Assembly (NCBI RefSeq): GCF_009914755.1
Contig: NC_060935.1
Source of the DNA: the human T2T-CHM13v2.0 reference genome, Homo sapiens
Length of the DNA: 64,000 bases
Reading direction: 5' to 3' (one strand)
A program made the translations under genes and the position numbers. Shown one piece after another: positions 51,311-64,000 of the stretch. Each line of letters begins with the position of its first letter. The stretch's first letter is position 1. Under the pieces are notes generated by a model. It did no database searches. It was not told the origin of the DNA and saw only the letters and a program-made list of their open reading frames with translations.

Positions 51311-52714
51311 GTACTTCTTTTTCTGCTCCCAGTGAAGAGTCAAAGAGATCAGCCTTAATTATTGAGTACTTGCTTAAAGGACAAACCACCACCTGTTGTG
51401 CTTCTGCTTCATGAACTTCTATCTCCTGCTGACAAACCATAGAAACAGTGAGATATTAATTCATTACAACCATTGGAGAATTATGATATCAGAAGGCAAA
51501 GCAATAAACTACAAATGTTATGCCAACATTTGGTGCTGAGACTAGACTCCCTGCCAGTTCAGAGAGGTTGCTTAATAGGAGCATACTTCATAAGGAACCT
51601 GAATGTTTGTTTGCTTTTGAGAATCAGAGAGCCCAGGTTCTAGTCTGTTAGCTTTCCGTAGTAATGATTTTTTCTGTTTTCAAATAAAAATGCCAAGCTG
51701 AGTGGCTGGTTTCCCCTTTGGGCTATAATGAAGCAGCTTTTGAGAGTTCCAGAGGCCACATTTTCAGAAGGAAGCTGCAAAAGGGTGTCCTACAGCTTTA
51801 AGAGGAACCCAAACAAAGCCAATTAGAATAGCTTTCTGTAACCTTTCCAGACCTTCCTAATTCATTTTCTTAACAAGCATCAAATTTACTTACATGTAAA
51901 ATCTGGTCACGTCTACTTCAGCAATAACGAAAAATGGTTTGATTGGACAGTTACAAATATTTATTGGACAGAACTAAATGTCTTTCAAGATTATCAGGTG
52001 TTGCCAGTGTTTATGCCCAGAGAAGATGTAATCATTTTGTTTTCATCACCTGTTGCTTTTTAATTTCCTCTCTCATTGAGAATCCTATTGCCACAGAAAC
52101 AATAACATCACTGTCTATATGTGTATATACAAACTGCACAGGAGCTTTGGTGCTGGGACAAGATATGCTAAAATAATAAAGAAAAGCAGATTATGCCTTC
52201 CAAAGAGCTTTGAAAATACTGAAAACGATATGTTATCAGTGGCCACATTTACACAATGAAGATCATGAGAAGAAAAGAATTATAAATTTTCTGAAATTTA
52301 TTTGAATATCTTTCAAGGATAAACTAAAATAATCTAATAAAATTATCATTACTATTTAGCTTATTATGGATTACACCAAAGACATAGCTAACTGAAGAGG
52401 GATGCAGACTCAAAAGAACCTGGGTCCAAGATTCAAGATGTTGACCACAAAATTGCTATGGGAATTGAGCTGTTTGGTTGTTTGTTGTTTTCTATGAGCT
52501 CCAGTCTCCTCAGTTGGAAAATGTGGTAGGAAATACTTATTCCCAGGGTTCTATGAAATGTCACATGAAATCACTGAGATGGAAGCTCTGTGAATATTGC
52601 AAATTAGAGTGCAAAATATTGGTTATTATTGTATATTTTACAGTAATATATATTTAATAAAAAACAAATCTGTGCAGAAGACCAGTGGGGATTTGGAGCC
52701 CCTCTGCTGCTTGA

Positions 52715-53122
<408 letters not shown>

Positions 53123-54374
53123 TAAGTAGGAAACATTATCCTAAAGTAGCCTTGGATGAAGCCAAGCTCAAGAGGCCAAACCTGAGTAGGAAAATCCAAT
53201 CGCATATTGTCCCTTAGAGTTTACAGTCCTGAATACATCTGAAAATAGGAATCAAAGACCCTCCCACCCCCACCTGCCCTAAGGAAAACTGACTAATTAC
53301 CATAGAATAATGTAACTTCTCATCCCTTCCAGAGTGTGCTGGTGCTGAAAGGGCAATCAATGGACTAGGGAGATCTGCAGGGCTACAGCTGTGTCTCTGG
53401 GGCTTCTTTGACAAAGAGCATGATGCAGGGACCTATAATCCAACCTCAGATTTGAAAGAGTAATTTGTATCTAAGCAAAAAAATATTTAGTGGGAGGAAA
53501 CACATACTATCTGAGCTGGTTTTCTAACCCTTTGTGAGTACAGACTAACACATACTATGACCATGGAAGGTTGGTTTGCTTGCTTGCTTTCTTGTTTACT
53601 GTCCACTAAGACTGAGACCTTTCCTTCAAAAACAAAGGCAGGAAATTCTCAAGAAATCTTTCTCTAACCTCTGCATTCCCTAACCCATCTTTGGTTAGGT
53701 ACTTCTTCTCTAGCCCACATCTAAGTTACTATTTTCTATTGATTTTTCTCTCATCTCCACTGAACTCCTGGTTCCTTGAGGGCACAGGTGGAATCTATTC
53801 AGTTCCTGTTGTTACTACAGTGCTGAAGAACCTGCTGGTCTATATAAAGCATTCAGTAAGTATTCTGGAAGAATTAAAAACACATAGGAATCTGCTGGAA
53901 AGAAGTATTTAATACAACCTTTGAAGTTTTCAGAAATGTGATTTTATTATGTTATTGATCAGAACAGGATGATGTGAGATATTCTTTCCCTTTCAAAAAC
54001 AGACAGCCAAAAACAAGAAAACAACAAAATTCCTCTTACCATTTTAGAAAGGGAATCAGATACTGAGAATCAGATTCTAGCACCTCAGGAATTCAGTCAC
54101 ATATCTTAAGTAGTAACTGTCTCGACTTTGTTGTTTCTGTCACACCATCTTTCTAAAGTAATTGCTAGCAATATCTTTCTAAATGAAAATGTCTGTGGAG
54201 AAGTAAAACTGATGTTAAAAATATGATCTTTGCCAGAGTGAAAGAAAAGAAGATAAAATTTGTTCATACCATAAATGGATGTACGGGTGGATAGATGGAT
54301 AAATGAACCATTGAGAATAATTCAAGCAGGAAAAATAAAAAAAATATTGCAATGAACAGGAAGATGATCCATCC

Positions 54375-54465
54375 CCATACATACACACATGCATGTATAC
54401 ATGCATGCATATACATATTATATATGTGTTTACAAATATAATTATGTATAGTATACACACATATA
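54375..54465. repeat. (TA/CA/TG) low-complexity microsatellite
   Basis: Alternating purine-pyrimidine tract visible directly. Confidence 0.7.
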
Positions 54466-55366
54466 AAATAAAGGAGAGACATGGAGCAATATTTAGACTT
54501 AAGTTACATGTTCTAATATTTAGTGGGAAAGCTTAGCGCCTATTCTGATAGGTTGAAATGAATGGTTTCCATGGTATTCAGATGCCATTTGAGGTCAGGA
54601 GAGCAAGAGATATTTGCATTTATTCTATGCAGTACAGAATAAATTATCTGTGTCCCTATGGTGTTCTCAAAATAGGAATATATAGGGTTGAGGGCAATAG
54701 AAGCACTCTATCATTATCTAGGTTGTCCTATGAAGAACATTTTGGTAAGCCAGGATAGAGTCCAGGTCTAGAGGTTCTATCCTTTCTTCTGGGTATATAC
54801 ACAAATATCAATACATTACAACAATCAAGGGGAATAAATGGACATCAGAAGAAAAAAAGAAAGCTGGACAGGTAGCCTTTGTGAAAGACAGGTATAAGTT
54901 GGGCACATGCAAAAAAATACAAATATCTTCACATAGATATGGTGACTATATATTCGGATATACCTGAGATAATCCCAGTTTCAACTGTTGCTCACTATAA
55001 TTTTTAATAGTGCTTCTTTTCCTTTTAAAGGTGTCTTGGTTTAGATGATAAAGACCAAATTTATAGATCATCTTATTACCCAGGACACATGCATGGAAAA
55101 GGAAAATGAGCCAGAAGATTTTAATTTTAACATAGACAACCACCCTTCTGGTCAATACATGTGTCAAAGATTTGCCTAGATTTTATTTTCTTTTTATTAG
55201 AAATAGCTGCAAAGGAGACAGAAGAATGCTCAAGAATCTCTATCCCCTTGGCCTATTCCAATGTACACCTAAAATTTTAAATTCTTCTAAAATTTTAATT
55301 CCTTTACAAGTTTGCTTAGTCCATATGTACAACTATATAGAGAGAGTGACAGAGATTGTGTGTTAT

Positions 55367-55468
55367 GTATATATACTAGATGTGTGTGTGTCTGTATATA
55401 TATATATATATGTATATATATACACATGTCTACACACACACACACATATACCAGTCCTATATATATAA
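55367..55468. repeat. Compound (TG)n(TA)n(CA)n microsatellite
   Basis: Visible directly. Confidence 0.85.
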
Positions 55469-55667
55469 AGTTTATTCACTCTAGATATGGTACTTTTCCA
55501 TTCCATACCCTTCATTTCTATCCTTATTTGTTGTGTGAATGAACTGTTTTTCTTCCCTCCTTTATCATAGGGGAAATGTAGAGATAATACAGAAACACTA
55601 ATGGCAACATTTTTAAATTTTCTACTATAAGCCAGTCATGGATAGTTACATGTACATACACTATCCC

Positions 55668-56035
55668 TGTTATGGTCTGAATGTTGTATACTTCCAAAAT
55701 TCATGTGTTAAAATCTAATCCACAATGTGTTGGTATTCAGAGCTGGGGCCTTCAAAAGGTGACTAGGTCATGAGGGTAAAGACCTGGCAAATAGGATTAA
55801 TGCCCTTATAAAAGAGACCAGCGGGAGCGTGGCCACCACCCCCAACCATGTGAAGACACAAGAAGAGACCATCTATCTACAAGGAATGGGCCCTCACCAG
55901 CCCCTCAACCTCTAGATCCTTGATCTCGGAGTTCTCAGCCTCCAGAACTGCTATTAATTGAGCATTAAATTGCTATTGTTTACAAATTGCCTAGTCTAAG
56001 GTATTTTGTTATAGCAGGCTGAACAAACTGTGACA
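55668..56035 (+). mobile_element. MLT1A0 LTR
   Basis: TGTTATGGTCTGAATGTT..CCAAAATTCATGTGTT..GCCCTTATAAAAGAGACC..CAGCCTCCAGAACTG..GTATTTTGTTATAGCAG..GACA. Confidence 0.88.
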
Positions 56036-56054
56036 GTCTCTTTGATCTGCTTAG

Positions 56055-56305
56055 CAAAAAGAAAGAGGCAAGAAGTCAAAGAAGAAAGTAGGAGAGGTAA
56101 CAATGGAGGCAGGGGGTTGGAATGGTGTGAAGCAGAGGTCATGAGCCAGCAAGGCAGGTGGCCCTATAGAAGCTGAAAAAGGCATGGAAACAGATTTTCC
56201 CCGAGAGCCTCCACAAGGAACCAGCCCTACCAACACTTTGTTCTTAGTTCAGAGAAACTGATTTTAAACTTTTGGGCTCTAGAACTTTAAGAAAATGAGT
56301 TTGTT
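56055..56305 (+). mobile_element. MLT1D LTR 3' part
   Basis: AGAAGCTGAAAAAGGCATGGAAACAGATTTTCCCC.AGAGCCTCCA.AAGGAACCAGCCCT.CCAACAC.TTG. Confidence 0.8.
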
Positions 56306-56371
56306 AAAATAAACAATTTTACAGGATTTTCTATATAATTCCCATAGATATCTAGGGAAATGTATAGGATT

Positions 56372-56548
56372 AAAAGACTCCTGTGATTGTATCAGCCTTA
56401 CTCAGATGATCCAGAAGAATGTTTCCACATCAAAATTTTTAAAGTAATCACATCCAAGTCCCTTATGCCATGTAAGGTAACATTCCTAGGTTCTTGAAAA
56501 TAGAATGTGGATATTGTTTGGTGGACAATTCTTCAGCCTACTGCACCA
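56372..56548 (-). mobile_element. MLT1D LTR 5' part (opposite strand)
   Basis: Reverse complement reads GTAGGCTGAA..ATATCCACATTCTA..AATGTTACCTTACATGGCATAAGGGACTT..GATGTGATT..AATCACAGGAGTCTT. Confidence 0.75.
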
Positions 56549-56679
56549 CATATACTGTACTTCATTTGCTGTCTCCGTGGTTTGCACTTTACCTGTAGTG
56601 TGAGTTGCTGTTTCTCAACATCCTCCTCAATACCCAAATAATCAGAAATGTATATTTTTGATAAACTAGATGAAAAACA

Positions 56680-57720
56680 GCCTCTCATATTTTTATCTTA
56701 TTTCCAGTAAGTTTGAATATTTTTCATACATTTATTGAACTATTTTTTAGCCCTTCTGTGTATTTCTTGTTTAAATAACTTGTGCTTTTCTATTGAGCTG
56801 TTTGCTATTATTTATTTGCACTACAAGTTCTAAATACTAATGTTTTGCCTGTTAAAGGTTTGCAAATGTGTTATCCAAAATTGAGTAATCGAATTTGTAA
56901 ATCCTTTCTTTCATGCTCTATGCTTTCTGCTTGTTATTCAATGAATGCTTTCATATCTGAAGTCAAACATAAGTTCTGTTCCAAATCTTTCTAAAAGTTT
57001 ATAAGGTTCTGGCTTTTTTGTTTGTCTCATTTTCCATGCTCTGATTTTTAACCCATCTAAAATATATGTATTTTTCTCATATGTAAAGTAAGTACCAATT
57101 TAATTATTTTTCCAAAATTGAAAGCCAAATTTCCTAGCACCAGTATTTAAATATACCTGTTCCCCTTTAAACTGTTGGATTGCTGCCATTATATAGCAAG
57201 TTTCCTGATACATGTTGGTTCTCAGTTCTCTACTTTGTTCCAAATGGAGTCTATTATTGTATCAGCACTACACTGATTTCATTCACATATGTCAGCATTT
57301 GGGGGTGGAGGGTATTAGGGAGTAGTTTCTACATCTTTTATATCATACTACTAATTATGAAATTGAAATTACATATCTGTTTAGTGATATTGTTTTCTGC
57401 TTGATCAGGTTCCCAGGGAGTGTGTGTTTAGTCCCTCACTGTATCTGTTAATTTATCTTCATGTGTCCTGTATTTGTTTCTTTAGGTTTATTTGATCTTA
57501 TATTAAGTTTCAGATCATTTTGACGATAAACTAGGCATTCCTTTTGTCAGTATAAAATATTGTTCCTTGTGCAGACACATTTCCTTTTAGTTTTATTGTA
57601 TCTATTATTAATATTGCTATAGCATATTTGTTTGGGTTATAATTTTGCTGGCATATTCCTCTCTACCCTTTATTTCCAATGCATTTGGGTTATATTGTTT
57701 TCATATGTTCTACCAAATTA
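56680..57720 (-). mobile_element. Old L1ME ORF2 fragments
   Basis: TTGAATATTTTTCATACATTTATTG..TTTGCAAAT..CCAAATTTCCTAGCACCA. Confidence 0.6.
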
Positions 57721-59262
57721 CTTCCTTATTCTTTCTCTGAACTTCTACATAACTTCCATTATTTCACATTGGCTGGCACATATTGGACATTTCAGCTATG
57801 CACAATGAGAGAGAAAATAGAAAATAGATGATCATTATGTAAGTATCTATTAATACACAGAAGGAACCTAGTTTTGTTTGGAGACAGATCAGGATGTGAG
57901 AATACAACCTTTCACCATGTTTTTTCATTAGTTAATTTCAGCTAATATGATATGTTAGGATGACACATTCCCCTTCATTCTCCTCTCCACGGGCTTTCCT
58001 CCCAATTCTTAGTTCCCAGAAGAGGGAGATGTGAGCCTTACCAGGCTTGATAGCAGATACATGCATGTCAGTGTAATCACTTCCCAGTTTTATAATCCTG
58101 TGTATGGTATTTAAACACTCCGAGTCTTAGTTCCATCATTGCTCAACTGGAATTGCTCCCCACTATTTCATGATATTGCTCTCCAGATTAAGTGAAATGC
58201 CATCTTTAAAATACCTCATAAGGCTCATGAGGCACAAGGCATGAAGTTGATGCTCTCTGTAGCACCTTCTACATAGTGGATACTAATGAAATGCATGTGA
58301 AATGATGTGAAATTATGTTGGGTTACTTGGAAAGAAAAGTTATTTCCATATTTCTAAAGGCATGTAACACTTATCTAATATTAATTACATAAACATCTTA
58401 GACTTCTTTTGTAGTCTAACCTTCATCCCCAGGGAATAAGTTTAACAAACATAAATCTCTGCAGTCAGATCAAACGTCTAATAAAATAAATCACACAGAT
58501 CTGTTTTTCTCAAGTAACAGAGCTAATATCATAAAGGCATCATTTCTCAAAAGAAAAAAAAAAAAGACGCTGAATTGATTTAGGATCTCTGTCAGTGCTA
58601 CCCCAGCACATCATCAACAAATCTCTCTTACAAAACACTAACTTGTTTTCTATGTCATTCACAGAAATATCCCATAGGGAAAAACTGTAAGAGCAATAGA
58701 AATACAACATTATTAGGGGGTCAGACCATAGGCCTTCCTTTCTCTTTCTTTTTCTCCCTCTCTTTTCTTACATTCCTGTTAACACTCATACTTGCCAAGA
58801 TTCCTTGTTAGAATGGGTATAGAAAATTGGTAAGTTTCAGCACCAAGGTAGTGGTGGAAGACTTAAAATTTACAGACAATGGAGAGAAAGTAACTCTGAA
58901 ACATTTCTTAGGTTATTTATCAGGACCAATGACTGGCAAAACTACACACTCCGCAACATGTATTTTTCAACACTCTTACACCTCCCTTCTGAGAACTTCC
59001 TTCTCACCATTTGACACATTCCCCGTCAGAGCTAAGATTCTCTTGTTCACAGCACAAGTTCTGAGGTCAAGAAACTTGGACTTGAAAGAAATGAAAAACA
59101 TGGCTTTTATACAAACATATAGTGAGCACATGTCAAAGGTTTATTTAACTCATAAATAGGGTAAGTAGCAGAATATTGTAAAGCTTGCTCGAAGGAGACT
59201 TAGAGAAAATAAGGAAATACAGACACTGAAAAACATTGCTGAAGCAAGATTACTGCAGAGAT

Positions 59263-59745
59263 TACATGTGCATGATGCGCAAGTTTGTTACATAGGAAAC
59301 GAGTGCCATGGTCGTTTGCTGCACAGATCAACCCATCCCCTAGTTATTAAACCCAGGATGCATTAGCTACTCTTCCTGATACTCTCCCTGCCTCCCCCCG
59401 AACAGGCCCCAGTGTGTGTTGCTTCCCCACCCCACCATGCATCCACATGTTCTCACCGTTCAGCTTGCACTTATAAGTGAGAAAATGTGGAGTTTGGTTT
59501 TCTGTTCCTGTGTTAGTTTGCTAAGGATAATGGCTTCCAGCTCCATCCACGTCCATGCAAAGGACATGATCTCATTCCTTTTTATGGCTGCATAGTATTC
59601 TACTGTGTATATGTATCACATTTTCTTCATCCAGTTTATCATTGATGGGCATTTGGGTTGATTCCATGTCTTTGTTATTGTAAGTATTGCTGCAATGAAC
59701 ATACACATGCATGCCAGACCTTAAAATAAAAGTTGAAAAAAAAAA
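59263..59745. mobile_element. L1PA11-13-like 3' end: inverted body (59263-59713, minus) plus terminal 22 nt and A10 (59714-59745, plus)
   Basis: Antisense 3'UTR TACATGTGCA..GTTTGCTGCACAGATCAACCCATC.., then sense CCAGACCTTAAAATAAAAGTTG-A10. Confidence 0.85.
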
Positions 59746-60415
59746 GTCAAAAATAACAGATGTTGGTTAGATTGTGGGAAAAAAAAGGGAATGCTTATAT
59801 AGAGCTGGTAGGAATGTAAAGTAGTTCAGCCCCTGTGGAAGGCAGTTTGGAGATTTCTCAAAGAACTTAAAACAGAACTATCACTCAAAGCAGCACTCCC
59901 ATTACTGGGTATGTACCCAAAGGAATATAAATCATTCTACCAAAAAGACATACACATTCAATTTTCATCACAGCACTATTCACAATAGCAAAGACATGGA
60001 ATCATCCTAGATGCCCACTGACAGTGAAGTGGATAAATAAAATGTGGTACATATACACCATGGAATACTATGCAGCCATTAAAAATAAAATTACGTCCTT
60101 TGTAGCAACATGGATACAGCTGGAGGCCATTATCCTAAGTGAGTTAATGCAGAAACAGAAAACCAAATACCATACATTCTCACTTATAAGTGGGAGCAGT
60201 ACACAAGGACACAAAGATGTGAACAATAAACACCAGAGCTTACTTGAGGGGGAGGATGGAAGGAGGGTAAGGGTTGAAAAACTACCTACTGGATACTATG
60301 CTCACCACCTGGGTGACAAAGTCATTTGTACACCAAACTCCAACAACGTGGATTTACCCATTTAACAAACCTGCACATGTACCTACTGAACCTAAAATTA
60401 AAGATGGAAAAAAAA
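59746..60415 (+). mobile_element. L1PA15/16-like 3' end
   Basis: GTCAAAAATAACAGATG..GGGTTGAAAAACTACCTA..GCTCACCACCTGGGTGAC..CCTGCACATGTACC..GAACCTAAAAT. Confidence 0.88.
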
Positions 60416-61288
60416 TACTACAGGGAGAATAAATCCATAACTTTTACAGTTATCATTTCTACTGAACAGAAGTAATTTGCATGCCTACCAGAAAAATGCA
60501 TCTCAAAACATATAATTTTACAGAGCCATGGTTCTAATCAATAGAAAATAGTATGTCAATCAAAAGTGCATTAAGCTACAGAACTAAGTAATCCTTAAGC
60601 AGACCAGTTAGACAATACTCCAGTAAAATTTTGAAAAGACATAGAGTCATCCTTTAGTGCATTTTTCCACATTTTAGATAATATTTCTTAACAGTACAAA
60701 ATATTTGTCAAAGTTCTTTAATGTTGTTATGCTTTTCCAGATATTCATTATTACTGTAATTTCTACTACTACTATCAACACAATCATTAATTATTTTGAG
60801 GGAGCTTATATGCCTAGAAGCCTTTGGAAATGTATTATTTCTTTCATTAGCTTTTTCCCCTTATTTTTTGTTCTAAGTGGTTCAAATAGAGATGAGGAAA
60901 AACTTCGAAGGTTTTCTGAAGCTTTTAACCTAAAAAGGAAATATGCAAGAAAATAAAAGGGTAGAATATGTTCTGCAAGAGTTATGTACGTTATGAGGAT
61001 ACAATAAAGCTAGCAACTTTATATAATTTTGCCCAAAGGAGACAAAAAACCTCCATGGATAAAATCTTACTTCAGATGTATACCCAGGCAGCCAATGGGC
61101 AGAAGAATGAGACTTTGAGCTAAAGAATTATACATATACAATTGTAGCTGAAAAAACTCATAACCCACACTTAAACATAACTGAAAAGAGTTTATTGTGG
61201 CTAAAACACAGAAGGTATGGGGAAAAGTGATAAGAGATGAGAGTGGCGAGGTGAGATATCATCAACTTGCAAAGTTTTCTAGTTTTAA

Positions 61289-61700
<412 letters not shown>

Positions 61701-61839
61701 TAAAACCTGTTCAGCCAATAGCTGAATTTCAAAATTTTTTCAAAGTTATTTCAAAACTTAGATTTTCTTTCTCGGCCTCTATTTTCTATCTGTAAAATGA
61801 GGGTTGCTGGACCACATGAGCTAAATCCCATAAATTGAA

Positions 61840-62175
61840 CAATGCTTATAACATGCTGAGTGCCCTTGGGGTCAAACCTTTGAAAGTGACGGAAAAGGAG
61901 TAACAGTGGGCAGAGGGAGTAGTTGAGCCTAACGTAGAATGCAGAGAAGTCTCAGCCAACTCCATTAGAAGCTCTGGAGCTAGAATGGCCCTTCAGAGTA
62001 GTCCCGAGTTGGGTGGCCACTTGGGCTACTCCAGGACTTTGGGCAAGGTGGCTCTATAAGTGATTCAATCCTTGAAGGAACTGACAGTGAAGGCTATTGG
62101 CCAACAGCACTCTCAACACTGGGAAAAGAAGTCACTGGAGGGAGGCCTGGGTCACACATCACAGTATCCACACCA
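61840..62175 (-). mobile_element. LTR16-family ERVL LTR
   Basis: TGGGCAGAGGGAG..CTCAGCCAA..GCTCTGGAGCTAGAATGGCCCTTCAGAGT.GTCCC. Confidence 0.75.
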
Positions 62176-62677
62176 AAGAAGCTTATGATTAATCACATTC
62201 TGTCCTGCTATTTATCTTCCCCTTCTTCTCCCTACCTCGACACTGTTTTACCTATGTAAAATTATTTACAGATCCTCAAACACGACATGAAAGCATTTTT
62301 TTTAACAACCTCCAGCATTACCATCCTGACCTACTACTTCTGTGTTCTCAACTTAGGGATCACTTTCTTCTGAATGCTTTCCAGGACAACCTGGTATTGT
62401 CCAAGTTTCTTACTCTGTGCTCACTATTGGCCATTAGTCATTCTTTCTTCATGCATCTGACTACCCTTATAAATGGAACCAACTTGAAAGTATTTAATGG
62501 GTCTTCTTATATCTAGCACATATGAGGTACATATAGTAAATACCAGATGCATCTTTGTTGAAAACAAACAGACAAGTAAATGAATGCATGAATTTCAGAG
62601 ATAGTAAATTAAAACGACAATGCAAGTACGTCAATCTAAAAATCTGAGAAACAATCGGAAAAATTAAAAGCTAAATC

Positions 62678-62940
62678 CAATACCTCATGTTCTTACTTAT
62701 AAGAAGGAACTTAATGGTGAGAACACGCGGACACATAGAGGGGAAGAACATATTCTGGGGCCTGTCAGAGGTTGGAGGTTGGGAGGAGGGGGAGGATCAG
62801 GAAAAATAACTAATGTATACTAGGCTTAAGACTTGGGTGATGAAATAATCTGTATAGCAAACCCCCACGACACAAGTTTATCTATATAGCAAACCTGCAC
62901 TTGTACCCCTAACTTAAAACAAAAGTTAAAAAAAGAAAAA
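62678..62940 (+). mobile_element. L1PA13-like 3' end
   Basis: GGGAGGAGGG.GAGGATCAGGAAAAATAACTAATG..GGGTGATGAAATAATCTGTA..CCCCACGACACAAGTTTA..ACTTAAAACAAAAGTT-An. Confidence 0.88.
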
Positions 62941-63184
62941 TTATATAATTTATAGTGGCTTATGTTAAAAAATTAAAAATTGTAACGTTACCAATAACAG
63001 AAAAAAAACAGGGTTGAGACAGAAACAGAAGCTAAATTTCTCTGAATATATCTTGTTTTGATAGATTCAACTTGAACTAAATAGTTACATAATTATAAAA
63101 CAAAATACAAACTTTGCAAAACTATAAAAAACAAAATTAAAACAAATTATGAAAAGAGAAAATACCAATTTGACATAGGAGCTT

Positions 63185-63300
63185 TTTTCGTCATGAAATG
63201 TTCTGCATAAAGTGCCCAGGAGTGCACCTGCACTAGCAGAAGCCTGCGGGAGAGGCGCGGAGCTGTCTATGACTCACGGTTGTTTCCCTAACTGCGTTTC
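63185..63300. promoter_or_regulatory. Small non-repeat CpG cluster with AP-1 motif (candidate cis-element)
   Basis: Six CpGs in about 110 bp; TGACTCA at 63270-63276. Confidence 0.3.
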
Positions 63301-63524
63301 TTAGTGTTATCTTCTAATTTTGAGGTTTGATTTCTACTACCCCTTGGTTATTGGTCTCTTTTGTCTTCAGACTTCAAAGAAAAGAAGAAAAAACAAGAAC
63401 CTCCATGCATGTGTACACTGTTGCACAACCTATAAGCAGCAATTTTAAATCAGTATTCTTGGCAAAGCTGTTAAAATGCCTTCATTCCTGGTTCTTCAGG
63501 TATTCTAATCGTTTATTTCCTGGA

Positions 63525-63830
<306 letters not shown>

Positions 63831-64000
63831 TTTACTGGATATTTTAAATGGCATTTCATATCACTTATCTTTAAATCAAATGCTTTTACATTTTTAATCC
63901 CTTTTATCATTAAAATAGTCCAGGGTGGGATATATTGGAGTCAATATTTTTCACGTAAATTACAGGAGACTCAGAGAGGCCACAGAGTTGCTTAAAGTCA

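Noticed and set aside
54215-55542. ORFs rich in C/I/Y/V/H/T
   Set aside because: They are translations of (TA)/(CA)/(TG) microsatellites.

Overview
AT-rich primate (hominid-type, most likely human) non-coding genomic DNA, intronic or intergenic. I find no supportable protein-coding exon, tRNA/rRNA gene or CRISPR array. The listed ORFs come from Alu, L1, MaLR or microsatellite sequence, or are chance ORFs in AT-rich DNA. The left half (about 12.6-30.4 kb) is a deeply nested stack of LINE-1 elements with Alus and MaLR/ERVL LTRs inserted. The right half (about 31.7-62 kb) is MIR/L2-rich with more unique sequence. Clear elements include a full MSTA provirus (6400-9069), an MSTB solo LTR with TSD, a 5'-truncated L1PA2/3 with TSD, about 15 Alus, MER58A and MER2. 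The most unusual signals are non-canonical retrotransposition and repair products: two TSD-flanked inserts of antisense ancient L1 sequence that look like orphan transductions (15856-16473, 45804-46172), a 20-nt 3' transduction on the young L1, two twin-priming L1 inversions, a 44-bp fold-back inverted duplication at an L1 5' junction, and a small inversion that splits an MLT1D LTR. These are known mechanisms, not a new biological system. Subfamily names come from recalled consensus sequences, and boundaries of old repeats are approximate; both need RepeatMasker/Dfam confirmation.
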